Source of the DNA: Nemertoderma westbladi
Taxonomy: Eukaryota > Animalia > Xenacoelomorpha
Direction of reading: 5' to 3'
Assembly (NCBI GenBank): GCA_032718475.1
Contig: JAUCBJ010001528.1
Coordinates: forward strand, 1 to 48,924
Length of the DNA stretch: 48,924 bases
Each line of letters starts with the position of its first letter. Position 1 is the stretch's first letter. The notes beneath the pieces were generated by a model, which saw only the letters and a list, made by a program, of their open reading frames with translations, was not told the origin of the DNA and did no database searches. A program made the translations under genes and the position numbers. Positions 36,901-48,779 of the stretch are shown here, one piece after another.

Positions 36901-37361
36901 ACAATTCAACCCTTACCAACCCTTACCATTTCCAGCCGACAACCAAAAACTTCCACCCTATCGCTGTGTTACCTGACCAAACCCAAGGTATTCCAATTGG
37001 GGTTTCGGCAATGCAACCAATGGGTCCTAGATTCCCAATGGTAACGGGTTTACTACCCAGTAACCAATTAGCGAATCGCGCAGGCCCAGCTATGTTCATG
37101 GCGCCGTCAGGTCACCCCTCAGCGACTAATAACATGGACTTACTCCCGCCCAAGATATACTACGAAATGGTCGCTATGCAACCGCCACAGACCCCTCAGA
37201 TGCCTCAGAGAGCTATGGTGCAGGGAATGTTTACAAGGCAACCGAATTCTGCAATGATGATGGTGCCTTCTCAGGGTGTTATGTATCCAACACCAGAGAT
37301 GAGCGGAGCCGGATATATTATCAAACAGGACTCCAATGGATTTATGTGGCGTCCGTGGTAG
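30649..37361 (+). CDS. HES: Hairy/Enhancer-of-split family bHLH-Orange-WRPW repressor (HES1/HES4-like), 4 coding exons, about 483 aa
   Basis: Exons 30649-30921, 31574-31661, 35912-36053 and 36413-37361 join in frame. [54 protein letters not shown] (bHLH with basic-region Pro), [17 protein letters not shown] (Orange), terminal MWRPW*. Confidence 0.95.
31574..31661 (+). CDS. HES: HES coding exon 2 (loop, helix 2), 88 nt
   Basis: ttatttgcag acceptor, G|gtgagt donor. Encodes [29 protein letters not shown]. Confidence 0.95.
31714..35945 (+). repeat. 49-bp minisatellite made of the HES intron-2 acceptor plus exon-3 start, about 86 units
   Basis: Unit gtttacttattcttacag|attcgcccaaccaaccccaagctatcaataa. 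The last unit continues into the Orange-domain coding sequence. Confidence 0.97.
35912..36053 (+). CDS. HES: HES coding exon 3 (Orange domain), 142 nt
   Basis: Encodes (D)[48 protein letters not shown]|gtaaaa donor. In frame only from the last repeat-unit acceptor. Confidence 0.9.
36413..37361 (+). CDS. HES: HES coding exon 4 (P/S/T/Q/M-rich tail, WRPW)
   Basis: ttctctttcag acceptor. Phase 2 joins the 36423-37361 ORF, which ends WRPW-TAG. Confidence 0.95.
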
Positions 37362-37681
37362 GAAACACAGCAAACTAAATCCATCACGGGAATTGGAACT
37401 TATGATTTTCTGAGATTTTTATATCTATTTTTTAGTTAATGCTAATAATCCTTTCGCTTACCTAGTGCTCAGTGCTTATAGAAGTACAATATATGCAGTA
37501 GCGATATATAATCCATTGTTTCATGTCATATTTATTTTATAAAGTGTATAAAATATTATATATAATACTGTATGTATAGACCCACGTAGCCTCAGGTTGG
37601 TCTCCAGAACATCACTTTATTCCATTACGGTATGTGATACAATCTCAATCTAATTTGACTGGATGAGGTGACCGTTATTCT

Positions 37682-38390
37682 ACTTCAACTATCGACGTGC
37701 TGCATTGCAGCTGCATTATATATATTAATATATATATATGTTATTATATATATTAAATATATATTAAGAATATGCTGCGCGGCTTTCGAAAAAGTTTCGC
37801 CGCCATAACTCCCTATGACATTTGCTAGATTATCCGCATCTTCAAGGCCAGTGTCTTGATTCAAGGCCAGATGCTTATTCACTCCATGAGGCCACCAGAG
37901 CCCAAGATTATGCACTGGCTGGTCCTCGCGGTGAAAGCAATGTCATGTAAAGCAGATGCGGCTCTGTTCAAGTGTCAAGCTAGGGCAATAATGAAACATA
38001 TCCAATGTTATCTGATTGGAGATTGTATTCATCCGAAGGTCTTCATCAGACTTCCGGTTCCATTATCCCAAGTTGCAGAAGTCATCCACGTGCTCAAGGA
38101 AGCCGTCCCTTACGATCAGACATTTCCTGATGGCTGTCTACTGTAGGTTCACTGTCATAATTTTGGTCTTCTTAGATTTCACATAAAGACCAACACTAGA
38201 AGCAACCTGCTCCAATGATCAGCGGAGCCGTTGGGCTCTCTCTAGTGATTCTGAAGGCATCCCTAAGTCATAAGTAAAGTCTAGATCAGTAAGGCACTTT
38301 GCCGGATTTCCTGTACTACTTGTGCCAGTTGGGGGTGCTACCATCACCCCATGTTTATTAAGATGATCAAAGGACATGCGTAGAACATAA
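37682..38390 (-). mobile_element. Degenerate RTE-type LINE (family B)
   Basis: Colinear with 45100-45830 (aagtctagatcagt, ggagccgttgggctc, ggacatgcgtagaacata) and with the 3' ends at 2190 and 11397. Confidence 0.8.
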
Positions 38391-39019
38391 TATTACTGGT
38401 GAGCTATATAAAAAATAAAACATCTACTTTTAATCACGAGCGTCCAGTCGTCCACGTGATTTAAAGGTACGAAATAAAATAAATTAGATTTATCGCATTT
38501 CTCTCTGGTCTGACTGGAACGCGCGAAGCGAATAAGCAACATACGATATCCCTAATTAAATATATCCCTACAACACCGGAATCCCTACAGGGTGACCGCA
38601 TATATCCTGCCCGCGTTGAAAATACCGGCACAGAAATTTGAAAAATATTTAAAATTCGGGAGGTAAAAGATAGAAACACTATCTGTGGTAGACTGTAGTG
38701 TATATCGCGAACTCTAATGAATCTATGTTTAAACTTCCTTATTAGATATTATATTTGCTTTCCTTATCAGCAGCCAGTCGTCAGCAACAGCATTCATTTC
38801 CCAAGTGCTGTTGTTTTAATTTACTGGTAGAAGTTGAAATCATAATAACATTTTTTCCATTAATTTCTGTGACGGAACAAAAAAACCAAATTAATTGGCA
38901 TAATGGATGCAAGAATACGAAAATTATTTTTAAAAAATTGTGAATTTTTCCACATTTTCTACCTTTTTCCATTAAATTTGCTACTACAGTATACTTGGCT
39001 TATATTTCATCAGATTGAG

Positions 39020-39660
39020 TTATTGAGAGATAGCCGGTCGTCAACGGCTACGCTTTCCTTGTGTTGGTTTCCAGAAACATAGATCTGGTATGAATTTGTC
39101 TTTACTTCTCCAGGAGTGCCCACAGAATCTTAATATCTAATAATAAATTAAAAATGAATATAATCACGCATAATTGCACTATCTTATAATATTTGGGTCT
39201 TATATTTTTACAACAACTCTGCCTGTTTATACATATTAATACAATGAGAACAGTAAAGATGCAATAAATAATAATACTGTATATAGTAATTAATCCTATT
39301 TAGTAATAAAGATGTAACAATATTATTAATTGATATGTCCTATTGACCTACGCTTAGTCTGTTATAATTGATTAAGTAATAATACAGTATAATATTTGCT
39401 TGCCCCAACTTCTAATAAGCCTATTCTGTTGCTCTCTATCCATGACCCAAGGTACTGAACGTCGTCTGCTTTCTTTAGATGATTCTTATAATGTCACGTG
39501 TTCGGTTTTGGTAGCATTTATAAGCAATCCAACGTCCTTTAACAACCATTTTCGCATCGTTGAGTATAAGTTTTGGAGGGAATCTGCTGCTTCTGAGTTC
39601 TTGTAGTGTAAATCCAATATCTTCTATCTTTGCGGCCGTCCTAAATCCTCATAACAATCA
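39020..39660 (-). mobile_element. Fragments of RTE LINE family A
   Basis: 39030-39140 matches 9505-9612 (ctacgctttcc..tagatctggtatga..agtgccca). 39400-39540 matches 9880-10050 (ttggtagcatttata). Confidence 0.65.
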
Positions 39661-39745
39661 CTTTCCTTTAGTTGGAAAATCATTTAAAAAAAACATTTCT
39701 TTAGTCGATAAAAATAATATGAAAGTCTTTACAAAAAGACCAACA

Positions 39746-40455
39746 CTTTTCCTTTTCCTTGTCCTTGTCCTTGTTTGTCCTTGTCCTTGTCATTGTCCTT
39801 GTTTGTCCTTGTCCTTGTCATTGTCCTTGTTTGTCCTTGTCATTGTCCTTGTCCTTTTCCGTGTCCTTTTCCTTTTCCTTGTCCTTGCCCTTGTCCGTGA
39901 CCTTGTCCTTGTCCTTGTTTTTGTCCTTGTCCTTGTTTTTTCTTGTCCTTGTCATTGTCCTTATTCTTGTCCTTGTCCTTGTCATTGTCCTTGTTTGTCC
40001 TTGTCATTGTCCTTTTCCGTGTCCTTTTCCTTGACCTTGTCCGTGACCTTGTCCTTGTTTTTGTCCTTGTCCTTGTTTTTTCTTGTCCTTGTCATTGTCC
40101 TTGTTCTTGTCCTTTTCCTTGCCCTTGTCCGTGTCCTTGTCCTTGTTTTTGTCCTTGTTTTTTCTTGTCCTTGTCATTGTCCTTGTCCTTTTCCTTGCCC
40201 TTGTCCGTGTCCTTGTTTTTGTCCTTGTTTTTTCTTGTCCTTGTCATTGTCAGTGTTCTTGTCCTTGTCCTTTTCCTTGCCCTTGTCCTTGTCCTTGTTT
40301 TTGTCCTTGTTTTTTCTTGTCCTTGTCCTTGTCCTTGTCCTTTTCCTTGCCCTTGTCCGTGTCCTTGTCCTTGTTTTTGTCCTTGTTTTTTCTTGTCCTT
40401 GTCATTGTCAGTGTTCTTGTCCTTGTCCTTGTTTTTGTCCTTATTCCTGTTCATG
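39746..40455. repeat. (cttgtc)n-derived compound satellite
   Basis: Hexamer variants cttgtc/cattgtc/ttttgtc with recurring higher-order blocks. Explains the CPCPC/LSLSL/LVLVL ORFs. Confidence 0.95.
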
Positions 40456-41600
40456 TCTTCTTTGTTAATTAATTTGTTTCTGTACCTAACCTAGATGACT
40501 ATCCCCATACATTGTATATTCGTTGGACTATGTACAGTACTGTAATCTTTGTTTTACTTGTGTTGTTTCTCCTTTTGTAACTACTGTATATCATTACTAT
40601 TTGTTTATGTTCTGTTGTCACCAATCATATGTATAGTCAATAAATTACATACATACTTATTATTATTATTATTATTCGTGCATACGATCAAACGAATGTA
40701 GCACAGATACGGAATGGAAATATAGAAAATATAAATACACATTGTCTTATGTACACGTACAGTAGTAGTAAATATAATGAAATGTACCAAAGGAAGAAGA
40801 ACAAAAAAATATACATACAGTATTCAGTAGGCTCGATAATATTTGAAATTGAAAGCTCTTGAAAAGGGCTTCTTTATACCTACGTAATTAACTTTATTAC
40901 GGTGTATAAAATTCTTAATGGCATGGGGTGCGATTTCACTTGATATTAATACCTATTTGTAATGTCAGTGGAACTTCAATGAGTTTACGAGGACGACCTT
41001 ATAAATTACAATAGTGACAATGTAGGACTATGGCGGTGCATTCATTTAATAATCCTGTTGTGCCGGTTTGGAACTCTCTACCATACAGTATGCTTGCTGT
41101 AACAGCCCTTAAGTTGAATTGTTTAAGCGACACCTAGTCAACCATAGTCAACCAACCTACACATGTGTAATTTTAATAATTGGCTTAAATTTAACCTCAA
41201 TTTGTAGTTATTTTAATTTCTAATATTTTTATTCCAAAATTGAAACATTTATTACTCAACGCCGTTAGTATTAACAGAGAGTTATTATTTAGCACTTTAC
41301 AACTCTAGAGGACATTACAGTATTGTATTGGCCTGTACATTTAGTATTGTATTGGTATATTATTATTAAGTAATGTTAAATTAGCTGACTTTACAACACG
41401 CCGTCATTTTGTTACCACCTAAACAAGGTGGTATTTATTTGAAATTGCCTGACATCCATATACGCCTACTCCATTGCCTACCGGTAGTCGGGGTATAGCT
41501 ATTAATAAGTAGCTATAAACTATTAACATGGCTCCAAACACCACCAAAAATATAAGCAAAATTTTTTATAACATAATTTATGTCACAATTAATTTACTAA

Positions 41601-41681
41601 CTACTACTAGGTCGAGCGAACTCGGACAAAAAACTCATACTGTATGAGATTTTTATCCGAGTTCACTCGACCTAGTAGTAG
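41601..41681. repeat. Near-perfect 81-bp palindrome built from LINE 3' ends
   Basis: 40-bp arms, 1-nt centre, 3 mismatches. Arm ctactactaggtcgagcgaactcggac matches the LINE tail at about 9378-9405. Confidence 0.85.
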
Positions 41682-42442
41682 TAGTAGTACTGTAGATTTC
41701 ATTAAAAGTGAAATCTGACCTCATAAATGAAATACACGACCCGGAAAATCCCCAAAGCAAAAATCTTAGCATGGTTTTGTGCTTTCTTGTTGCTAGACGT
41801 ACAGTTTTCGCGCGGGGAGATTCAAAATTTAGAGGCAATTATCTCGGAATGGCATATTTTCATTTTTCAGTCACTATAGCGCCTGCCTACTCATCCTCCG
41901 CCAATTTTCATCCAATTTGTAAGCTCTTGTAAGCTCTTGTAAGCTCTTAGTATTAAATGAAAATGCTAGCAGTGCGTGCGCAATAATACAATTCGAACAG
42001 TTTTTTTAGTTTTGCAATTGTTCATCGGTTATATGTATTTTTAACGACAAAATTCAGTGTTTTTTTTAATATTTGAAACTTATTTTGAAAAATAGCGGCA
42101 TTTTCCTAAAAAAGTTAGCTACGAAACAAAAATTCTGCTGGAATTTCTTGACGTACAGTAATCGGCCATGTTGATTCCAAAAAAACAGGTTACAACTTCT
42201 GAAAATAAAGCATAACAAAGGAGTATCATTTTAAGTCAAAAATATCAAAATTTTATCAAAATTTTAAGTCAAAAATGATTTTATTTTTAAAATATTAAAA
42301 TTCAATAATAGTCCACCTAAAATGTATCTTACACTCAAAATGTTCACATCCAAGCCAGTGTTTAATAGTCCATTCCACCAATCCCCGCCATACTGTATAA
42401 AAAAATAAATACCGGTAATAATATTATAATCCTGGATATAGG

Positions 42443-43888
42443 CCCTTCTGCTATGTGATTTTTTTGTGCGCCGAACGCGACGCGGCGCGGACAAAAATGT
42501 GCGCCTGCGCAGTCGGAAACAGTGCAAAATCCGCGTGCGCAGCAGAAAAACTGCGCGAGATTGGCCCGCGAAGCAGAAATTCTGCACGAGATTGGCGCGC
42601 ACAGCAGAAATACTGCGCGAAATCTCCTACCACCTAGACCTGCCTGCCTACTGGTCGAAGCACACCCAGACACCAAGTAAGAGGCTTATTACTGTATTAT
42701 CTCATATCTGTATTACTGTATTGTCCTTACCCTGTTTGCTGTTACCGGTAGTCGGCAGACTGCCAGGCACTAGGTTGGAATTCATGCATGAGCGCGCAGG
42801 TACGCTTTGTTGTTTTGAAATCACCGCGCACCTGAAATTGGCTCGTCGCGCACCTCATCATATGTCATAATCCAAACAAAATCGCGCAGCTCATGTCATG
42901 CATATCTCAAAAAATCGCAAAAAATCGCAAATTTACATTCCTATTTTACAAGTTTGAGCGTTTTAAGCTTATCTTTACGTCTGTCTGTCTGTACGTTGAA
43001 TCTAGGCTTACATAATACTGTAATACAGTAATAAATGTAATTTTTGCAACATCAAAATTGTTAATATTAAAAAATATTTTTTTAATCCACTACTATGGTG
43101 GCCCATCGGGCTCACTGCTTTTATAACAGAAAATATTATTTTAGATTACAAACAAAACATGTACCGGTAATTTCAAAAAAACGAATATTGAAATAGGTAC
43201 CTACCCTACCAGTCTGCCAATAATACTTTGTATAGGCCTACCTAACAATTAGGCTTAAACATACAGTTGGCTTATAATTAAGTCATACTTATAATACATT
43301 GTTACTTTCTGACTTTACCTGTTTACTAACGTAACATCGGCATAGCATAGACCTAATAACAATACAACAATAGAGTACTGTAGTTAAAATAAATAGACAA
43401 ATTCAGCTCCGGTTGCCGGTATTACAGTATTATGGTGAAGTGATTTGACTGTTTGAAGAATTGGAAATTTTTTTGTGTATTTTCGTGATTTCAATTTTTT
43501 TTGTGGTGCGCATCAGAGGCAGAGCTGCGCGCTGAGGCGCAACGCGCACCTGTCTCACACCAGTCACACCCGAACGCGCACCTGTCTCACCCAAACGCGC
43601 AACGCGCATCTGGTTTGCGGTCATTCGCGCAGGTAGGTACGCGTCCGAGTTTTGCAGCATGAATTCCAACCTGGCCAGGCAGGGGTAGGCCTACTGGCCT
43701 ACTTACTGACTTGTGCTGTAGTCGTGTAGTGCAAGTCTGAGCCGCGCTATCAATTTTCTGAGCCTGCCTGCCTGCAGGCCTGTCAGCCTGTGCGGTGCCG
43801 CGCTCTCAATTTTCTGCGCCTGCTCCAAATTCTGGAAAAAATTGTGCGCCGAACACGTTCGGCATACATACCCTACTTAGCAGAATGG
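42443..43888. mobile_element. Non-autonomous DNA transposon with 8-bp TSD, just upstream of the dispanin gene
   Basis: TIR cc(c/a)ttctgcta(t/a)gt. TSD gatatagg at 42435-42442 and 43889-43896. CpG-rich subterminal repeats (ttgtgcgccgaac). Confidence 0.7.
42770..43673. mobile_element. hAT-like non-autonomous element nested in 42443-43888
   Basis: TIR aggttggaattcatgc / gcatgaattccaacct. 8-bp TSD gccaggca at 42762-42769 and 43674-43681. Confidence 0.85.
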
Positions 43889-44126
43889 GATATAGGGGCC
43901 TGAAGCCGTACCGGTAAATTAAACTCTTAGAATTCATGGAATTTGAAATACTGAAATAGGCCTACCTGTAAACTACATTACAGAAATAGGCCTAACTACT
44001 GACCTACTTGTTCTGCTGTAAACGTGTTAACCTGCATACGGCAGTACGGTGCCGAAACGGTATACAGTATACGGTACTGGGTACTGCTTCTGCTGTACTG
44101 CAGTTCCGGTACGTGAAAAGTAAAAT

Positions 44127-44306
44127 ATGGAGAAGCAAGGTTATGGATATGATGCGCAAGGGGGTGGTGGTGGTGGCCCTGTAGCTCCGCCACCATATTC
44201 TCAAAATATCCCCCCATCCAGTTCATCTCAATATCCTCAACAGCCACAATATTACCCAAATGCCCCACCAACCATCCAACCACCAGGACAACAACCATCC
44301 GGTTAT
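44127..44306 (+). CDS. Dispanin exon 1
   Basis: ATG, MEKQGYGYDAQGGGGGGPVAPPPYSQ..., TAT|gtaagt donor. Confidence 0.88.
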
Positions 44307-47300
44307 GTAAGTGCCTAAACCTGTAAACGGCTAAATCTGTATACCGATAGGCCTACCGGTATGCGAAATTGCGTAGTCAGTGTTGTGCCAGTGCAGCTGT
44401 GTGCTAAGTGCAGAAGTGCTACTACATACTACTACAGTACCGGTACTAGGACTGTAGGATCAGCATGCTGCTTTGCAGCTGCGGGACGTTCCTGTTTGGG
44501 GTCCTCCATTTTGAATTTTTTTTACTGTCATTTTACCAGTTCCCATGGCAAACCACTAATAAAATTTTTGTATTTTTGGTCAATTCTGCAATTTACCGCT
44601 TTCTAGAGGCTAGAGCAGTAAACGAAACCACTTAGAAATTAGGTCAATTTACCGGTTTCCTACAACAAAATACTTAGAACATTAACATATAATTTTGATT
44701 CAAAGTAAGCTGCTCCCAACTGCCCAAACCCCCACGTACAGGTTTTAGTTAGAGCGCTACCTCCCTCAAACCACTTTTAAAACACATCATTCCCATTTAA
44801 AAGTATTGTTCTTCCAAAATCAATTCCTCTATCAGTCTATGCCCTTGATTAAGAAATCTACCGGTAATTATTTTAAAGTTTGTTTCTTAACATAATATTA
44901 AGTAGTACCGGTACCTGTAGTCTGGTAGTAACTAGTAAAACAGTAATAACGATAGAAAACAATACAAGATCCAAGATGTGACCTGATTCGCATACATACA
45001 GACACAGACTGACAGATTGCACAGTAATATTCTATATAATTACCTAATTAACTAAAACTGCTGCTAATTAACTATTAAGAAATGCCAAATAATGGTCCTC
45101 TGGCTGGTCCTCACGGCGAAAGCAATGTCCTGCAAAGCGGAGGCGACTTCGTTCTAGTGTCAAGCTTGGCGCAACCAATCAGCCAATGAGACACCTCCAG
45201 CTCCAATGTTATATAGTGTCTGGTTGGAGATGAGTGCATTGTACTTGACACAATGAACCCGGCGTAGCATTCTTGTGAATGTACCATCCCGAGATTTGGT
45301 GTCCTCACCCTCAGCAGTTAGAGCCCAGTATTGACTCACATAGAGAAGAGGAGTACCGGAACTACTGCTGCTCGAAATAATTAGTTTATTAGACCTTAAG
45401 TTTCCGATTATGTGTCTTCCAAATCCTGGAAACCCTATTCAAGGCTGCCCATGCCTTTACCTTACGTATTCGATGGTCCTCATCTGACTTCCGGATCCAT
45501 GATCCCAGGTAACAGACGTCGTCCACATGCTCAAGCATACCATCCTTTGAGCTTATGCTCATCCGGTCAGAGACAAGTTGACTGTCAACATTTTGGTATT
45601 TTTGGAGTTAAGAAAAAGAAAAAGACCAACACTGCAGTAGAAGCAGCTTGTTCTAATGAGCTGAGGAGCCGTTGGGCTCCCTCTAATGATTCTGAGAGTA
45701 CTCCTAAGTCATCAGCAAAGTCTAGATCAGTTAGGTACTTGGCAGGATTTCCTCGACTTCTGGAGCCAGTAGGTGGAGTTATCATCACCCCATCATCATT
45801 ATGATCATCTAAGGACATGCGTAGAACATAGTCAACCACAATTATGAACATGAATGGCGCAAGTGTGTCTCCCTGGAGGACGCCCCATAACACTTCAAAT
45901 GTCTCTGTGTCACCATCAACAGTAGACACAAATTTTGTCGAACCATCGTATACTGATCTGATTGCTGCAATACTTTCATCAGGAAGCCCATATAATGAAA
46001 GTATGCTGAATATACGTGTGTGCGCCTAGCGCCTGTATGCTGTTGTGTATTTATTGTTAGGGCTGCAGCTGTACAGTCTGACAGTGTTAAATGGGTCTCT
46101 AGTACAATTTTAGAATCGTTCAGAAAGTCAATAGTACCGGTAGTACTTACTTCTGACTAGTAAATATGTGAGATGTTTTCTAATTCTATGTCATATATAT
46201 TCTATACCAAACGTGGTTCAAGGTCTACACCCACCGACAATTAACAAAAAGAAAGTGCATCGCAGCGAGCTTTCTGCCTCTCCCAGACACTAGAGACCTT
46301 CCTCATGCTTTATTAAGTACATTATAAGTACAGTAAGAATAAAATACTGAAATACCACAATACACATTGTCAGATTGTGGGGTACTTATAACTTTAATAA
46401 AGTATGAGGAAAGCCTCTAGTGTCAAGGAGAGGCAGAAAGCTCAGAATGGCTGCGATTAGTGCGATACCCTTTCTTTTTGTTACTTGTCGGTGGGTGAAG
46501 GTAGACCTTCAGACCTTGAACCACGTTTGTTGTATTAAATTAATCATCCCCACCTTACCTGCTATAACTGTATAATATTCTTTAAATACATTAATAATTT
46601 AATCTTGCAGGCACCAGTTCCTCAACCTGGTTTCCAGGCACCGGTACATCAACCTGGTTTCCAGGCATACCCACCCAACTACGGTCCTGGTATTCAACCT
46701 ACACCGGCCTACGGCGTACAGCCAGTAATGGTTCTTACAGAAGCTCCAAATGACTACATGGCGCTCGCAGTGTTTGCCTGTCTCTGTTGCTTCTGGCCTG
46801 TTGGAATTTGTGCCATAATAAAGTCATGCGAGGTTGGTATGGTAGTAGTAGGTCGTACGTTAGGTATGGGGCTCCTTACTCTATAAGTAGCATATTTGCC
46901 CACCACAAGTGGTCAATTATTGTTGGGTAATTTTGGTGGCCGTGGGTTCCAGGAGCAGGAATGGAATACTTTGACCACGAGTTTTTTATCACACAAATTT
47001 GAGTTATTTTGTGTTGCAAACTGGCCGCCTATATCCTAATTAAAACTGTCATATCATGTTACCCTGACTCTAAGCCTGTAAGGCATTTGTGCCAATGGCA
47101 ATACGCCGGAAATTCCATCAAATTCCTCAGATTTGCGCGTCGCCCATTACTATCACTTTGATTTAGGGGTTACATGGCTGATCTCATTTTGCTTTTATCC
47201 AATATATATACAAACCAAAATATGAAATAAGCAAACGCCAGACTGGTACCGGTACTGAAACACGTCATTAGCCTACCGACACCAGATTTTAAAATTCAAT

Positions 47301-48707
47301 CGCCCGTGGTAAAGTCGACGACGCATTCGACCGATATGGTATTTGTCTCCCACCAGTATGCTCCCAGATTAATTATATCAAACTGCAGTGTGTGTGTTTG
47401 TTTTGCAGACTCGTGATGCTGTCACGGCTAGCAACTTCCCAGTAGCTAGTGCCGCATCCCGTGACACCAAGAAGTATTCTCTCATCAGTATTGGTATCGG
47501 AATTGTGTCAATTACCTTGGCCGTCATTATCAATTTATGCGTTTTTTTTATATTATTACCTCACTGATTCCCGAATTAAGGTTGGATTTAGTGGCTCTAT
47601 GGGTACCACCAACCTCGTATGGGTACCGGTACCACCAACCTCGTACTACCTGAATAGTATTTTGTTAGCTTTAGAATTATCTTTTTTACACATAAAACAT
47701 TATTTTGTTTGCTAAACTTGTATTTCCTTTAGATTGTTATATTTATTTCTTTGGGAGATTTGCTACTTCTAGGTCTACTACACCTGTATAAATACTTTCA
47801 TGACAAATGAATATTGAATCGCATTTTGCTTTATAAAGTTTATTTAAGGAGCGCCATCTAAACAATAAACTCAATAATCCTTAATTCGGTAATCCTCACT
47901 CACATCACTCTTACCCCTTATCGTTTTATTCAACTACTAATAAAGTTTGTTAGCTAAACTAATGATAAAGCATAGTTTATAATACTAAAGTAAATAACGC
48001 ATCAGCGGCCGTGGTTTTTCTCCCTTTCTAATTTCGTGTTTATCCTCATTGTATTTCTTATTCATTCATGGTTCAATCACATTTTAATACCTACCAGGTA
48101 TTAAGTATTTGAATCTAACTTACAACTATCATTTTTCATTATTTTTATATCGAAGGTAAATTCTTAATTCAACTTTACAAAGTATATTAATTATTTAAAC
48201 ACTTAATTCTGATATGTTTTGATTTGACGAACTTTATTAACGTACCGGTAATGTTAAAAGAACGTATGAAATACCCAGGAATTTGAATGGACCATTTTTA
48301 TTTTAAAATCGAAATAAATGGGTTGATTACCAATACCAATTTTTGTTAGTTATTTTTACATTCCAAAAACATTTTTCATTGTGTGAGTGTCCAAGAAACA
48401 AACTAGGAGAGGACCACATGACAACGGATATCAATGGGAGTTCCGGATACCGGAAGTTGTTGTCAAAAAGAATCCCGTACCGTTAAAGCATTGAAACCCT
48501 GTTGTACATCACGTGTCTCATGAATCACGTGTTTTACTCTGTATGCGTTTGTTCTTTCAGACACGAGATGCCGTCGCGGCCCGTAACATCCCAGTAGCTA
48601 ACGCAGCGTCTCGTAGCGCAAAGAAATACTCGATGATTAGTATAGGTCTCGGAATCGGTATATCCGTTGCCTCCATCATTCTGGTTATAATTATATCAAT
48701 GTTGTAA
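44127..48707 (+). CDS. PRRT1: Proline-rich transmembrane protein 1-like (CD225/dispanin family) with alternative last exons
   Basis: Exons 44127-44306 and 46611-46832, then 47409-47567 or 48561-48707, all phase 0. P/Q/Y-rich N-terminus with PPPY. CD225 signature PNDYMALAVFACLCCFWPVGICAIIKS..TRDAV...A..AS..AKKYS..SI. Confidence 0.9.
45085..46010 (-). mobile_element. RTE-type LINE (family B) fragment in dispanin intron 1
   Basis: RT motifs GVLQGDTLAPFMFIIVVD and YLTDLDFADDL, plus LRFAGHCFR. Frameshifted. Confidence 0.88.
46208..46529. mobile_element. Fold-back MITE in dispanin intron 1
   Basis: caaacgtggttcaaggtct / agaccttgaaccacgtttg termini. Arms of about 120-150 bp are complementary (cacccaccgacaa, gagctttctgcctctcc, ttataagtac). 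Confidence 0.85.
46611..46832 (+). CDS. Dispanin exon 2 (CD225 first hydrophobic segment)
   Basis: aatcttgcag acceptor, GAG|gttggt donor. Encodes APNDYMALAVFACLCCFWPVGICAIIKSCE. Confidence 0.92.
47409..47567 (+). CDS. Dispanin alternative terminal exon 3a
   Basis: tttgttttgcag acceptor. Encodes TRDAVTASNFPVASAASRDTKKYSLISIGIGIVSITLAVIINLCVFFILLPH*. aataaa at 47864. Confidence 0.8.
   Translation, partial: TRDAVTASNFPVASAASRDTKKYSLISIGIGIVSITLAVIINLCVFFILLPH
48561..48707 (+). CDS. Dispanin alternative terminal exon 3b
   Basis: gttctttcag acceptor. Encodes TRDAVAARNIPVANAASRSAKKYSMISIGLGIGISVASIILVIIISML*. Confidence 0.85.
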   Translation, partial: TRDAVAARNIPVANAASRSAKKYSMISIGLGIGISVASIILVIIISML

Positions 48708-48779
48708 ATGTTGCTAATACTACGTCTATTATTGAATACGTAAGATAATGCATGGGCATCATTGAATTGGCATTCCAGG

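Noticed and set aside
39560-40494. Cys-Pro-rich metallothionein-like ORF
   Set aside because: Hexamer satellite, open in all three forward frames.
42264-42870. Cluster of overlapping 60-134 aa ORFs
   Set aside because: They lie in GC-rich subterminal repeats of non-autonomous transposons and show no transposase motifs.
47409-48707. Exon 3b as part of a separate tandem dispanin gene
   Set aside because: I found no copy of exon 1 or 2 in the roughly 1 kb between 3a and 3b, so alternative last exons is the simpler reading.
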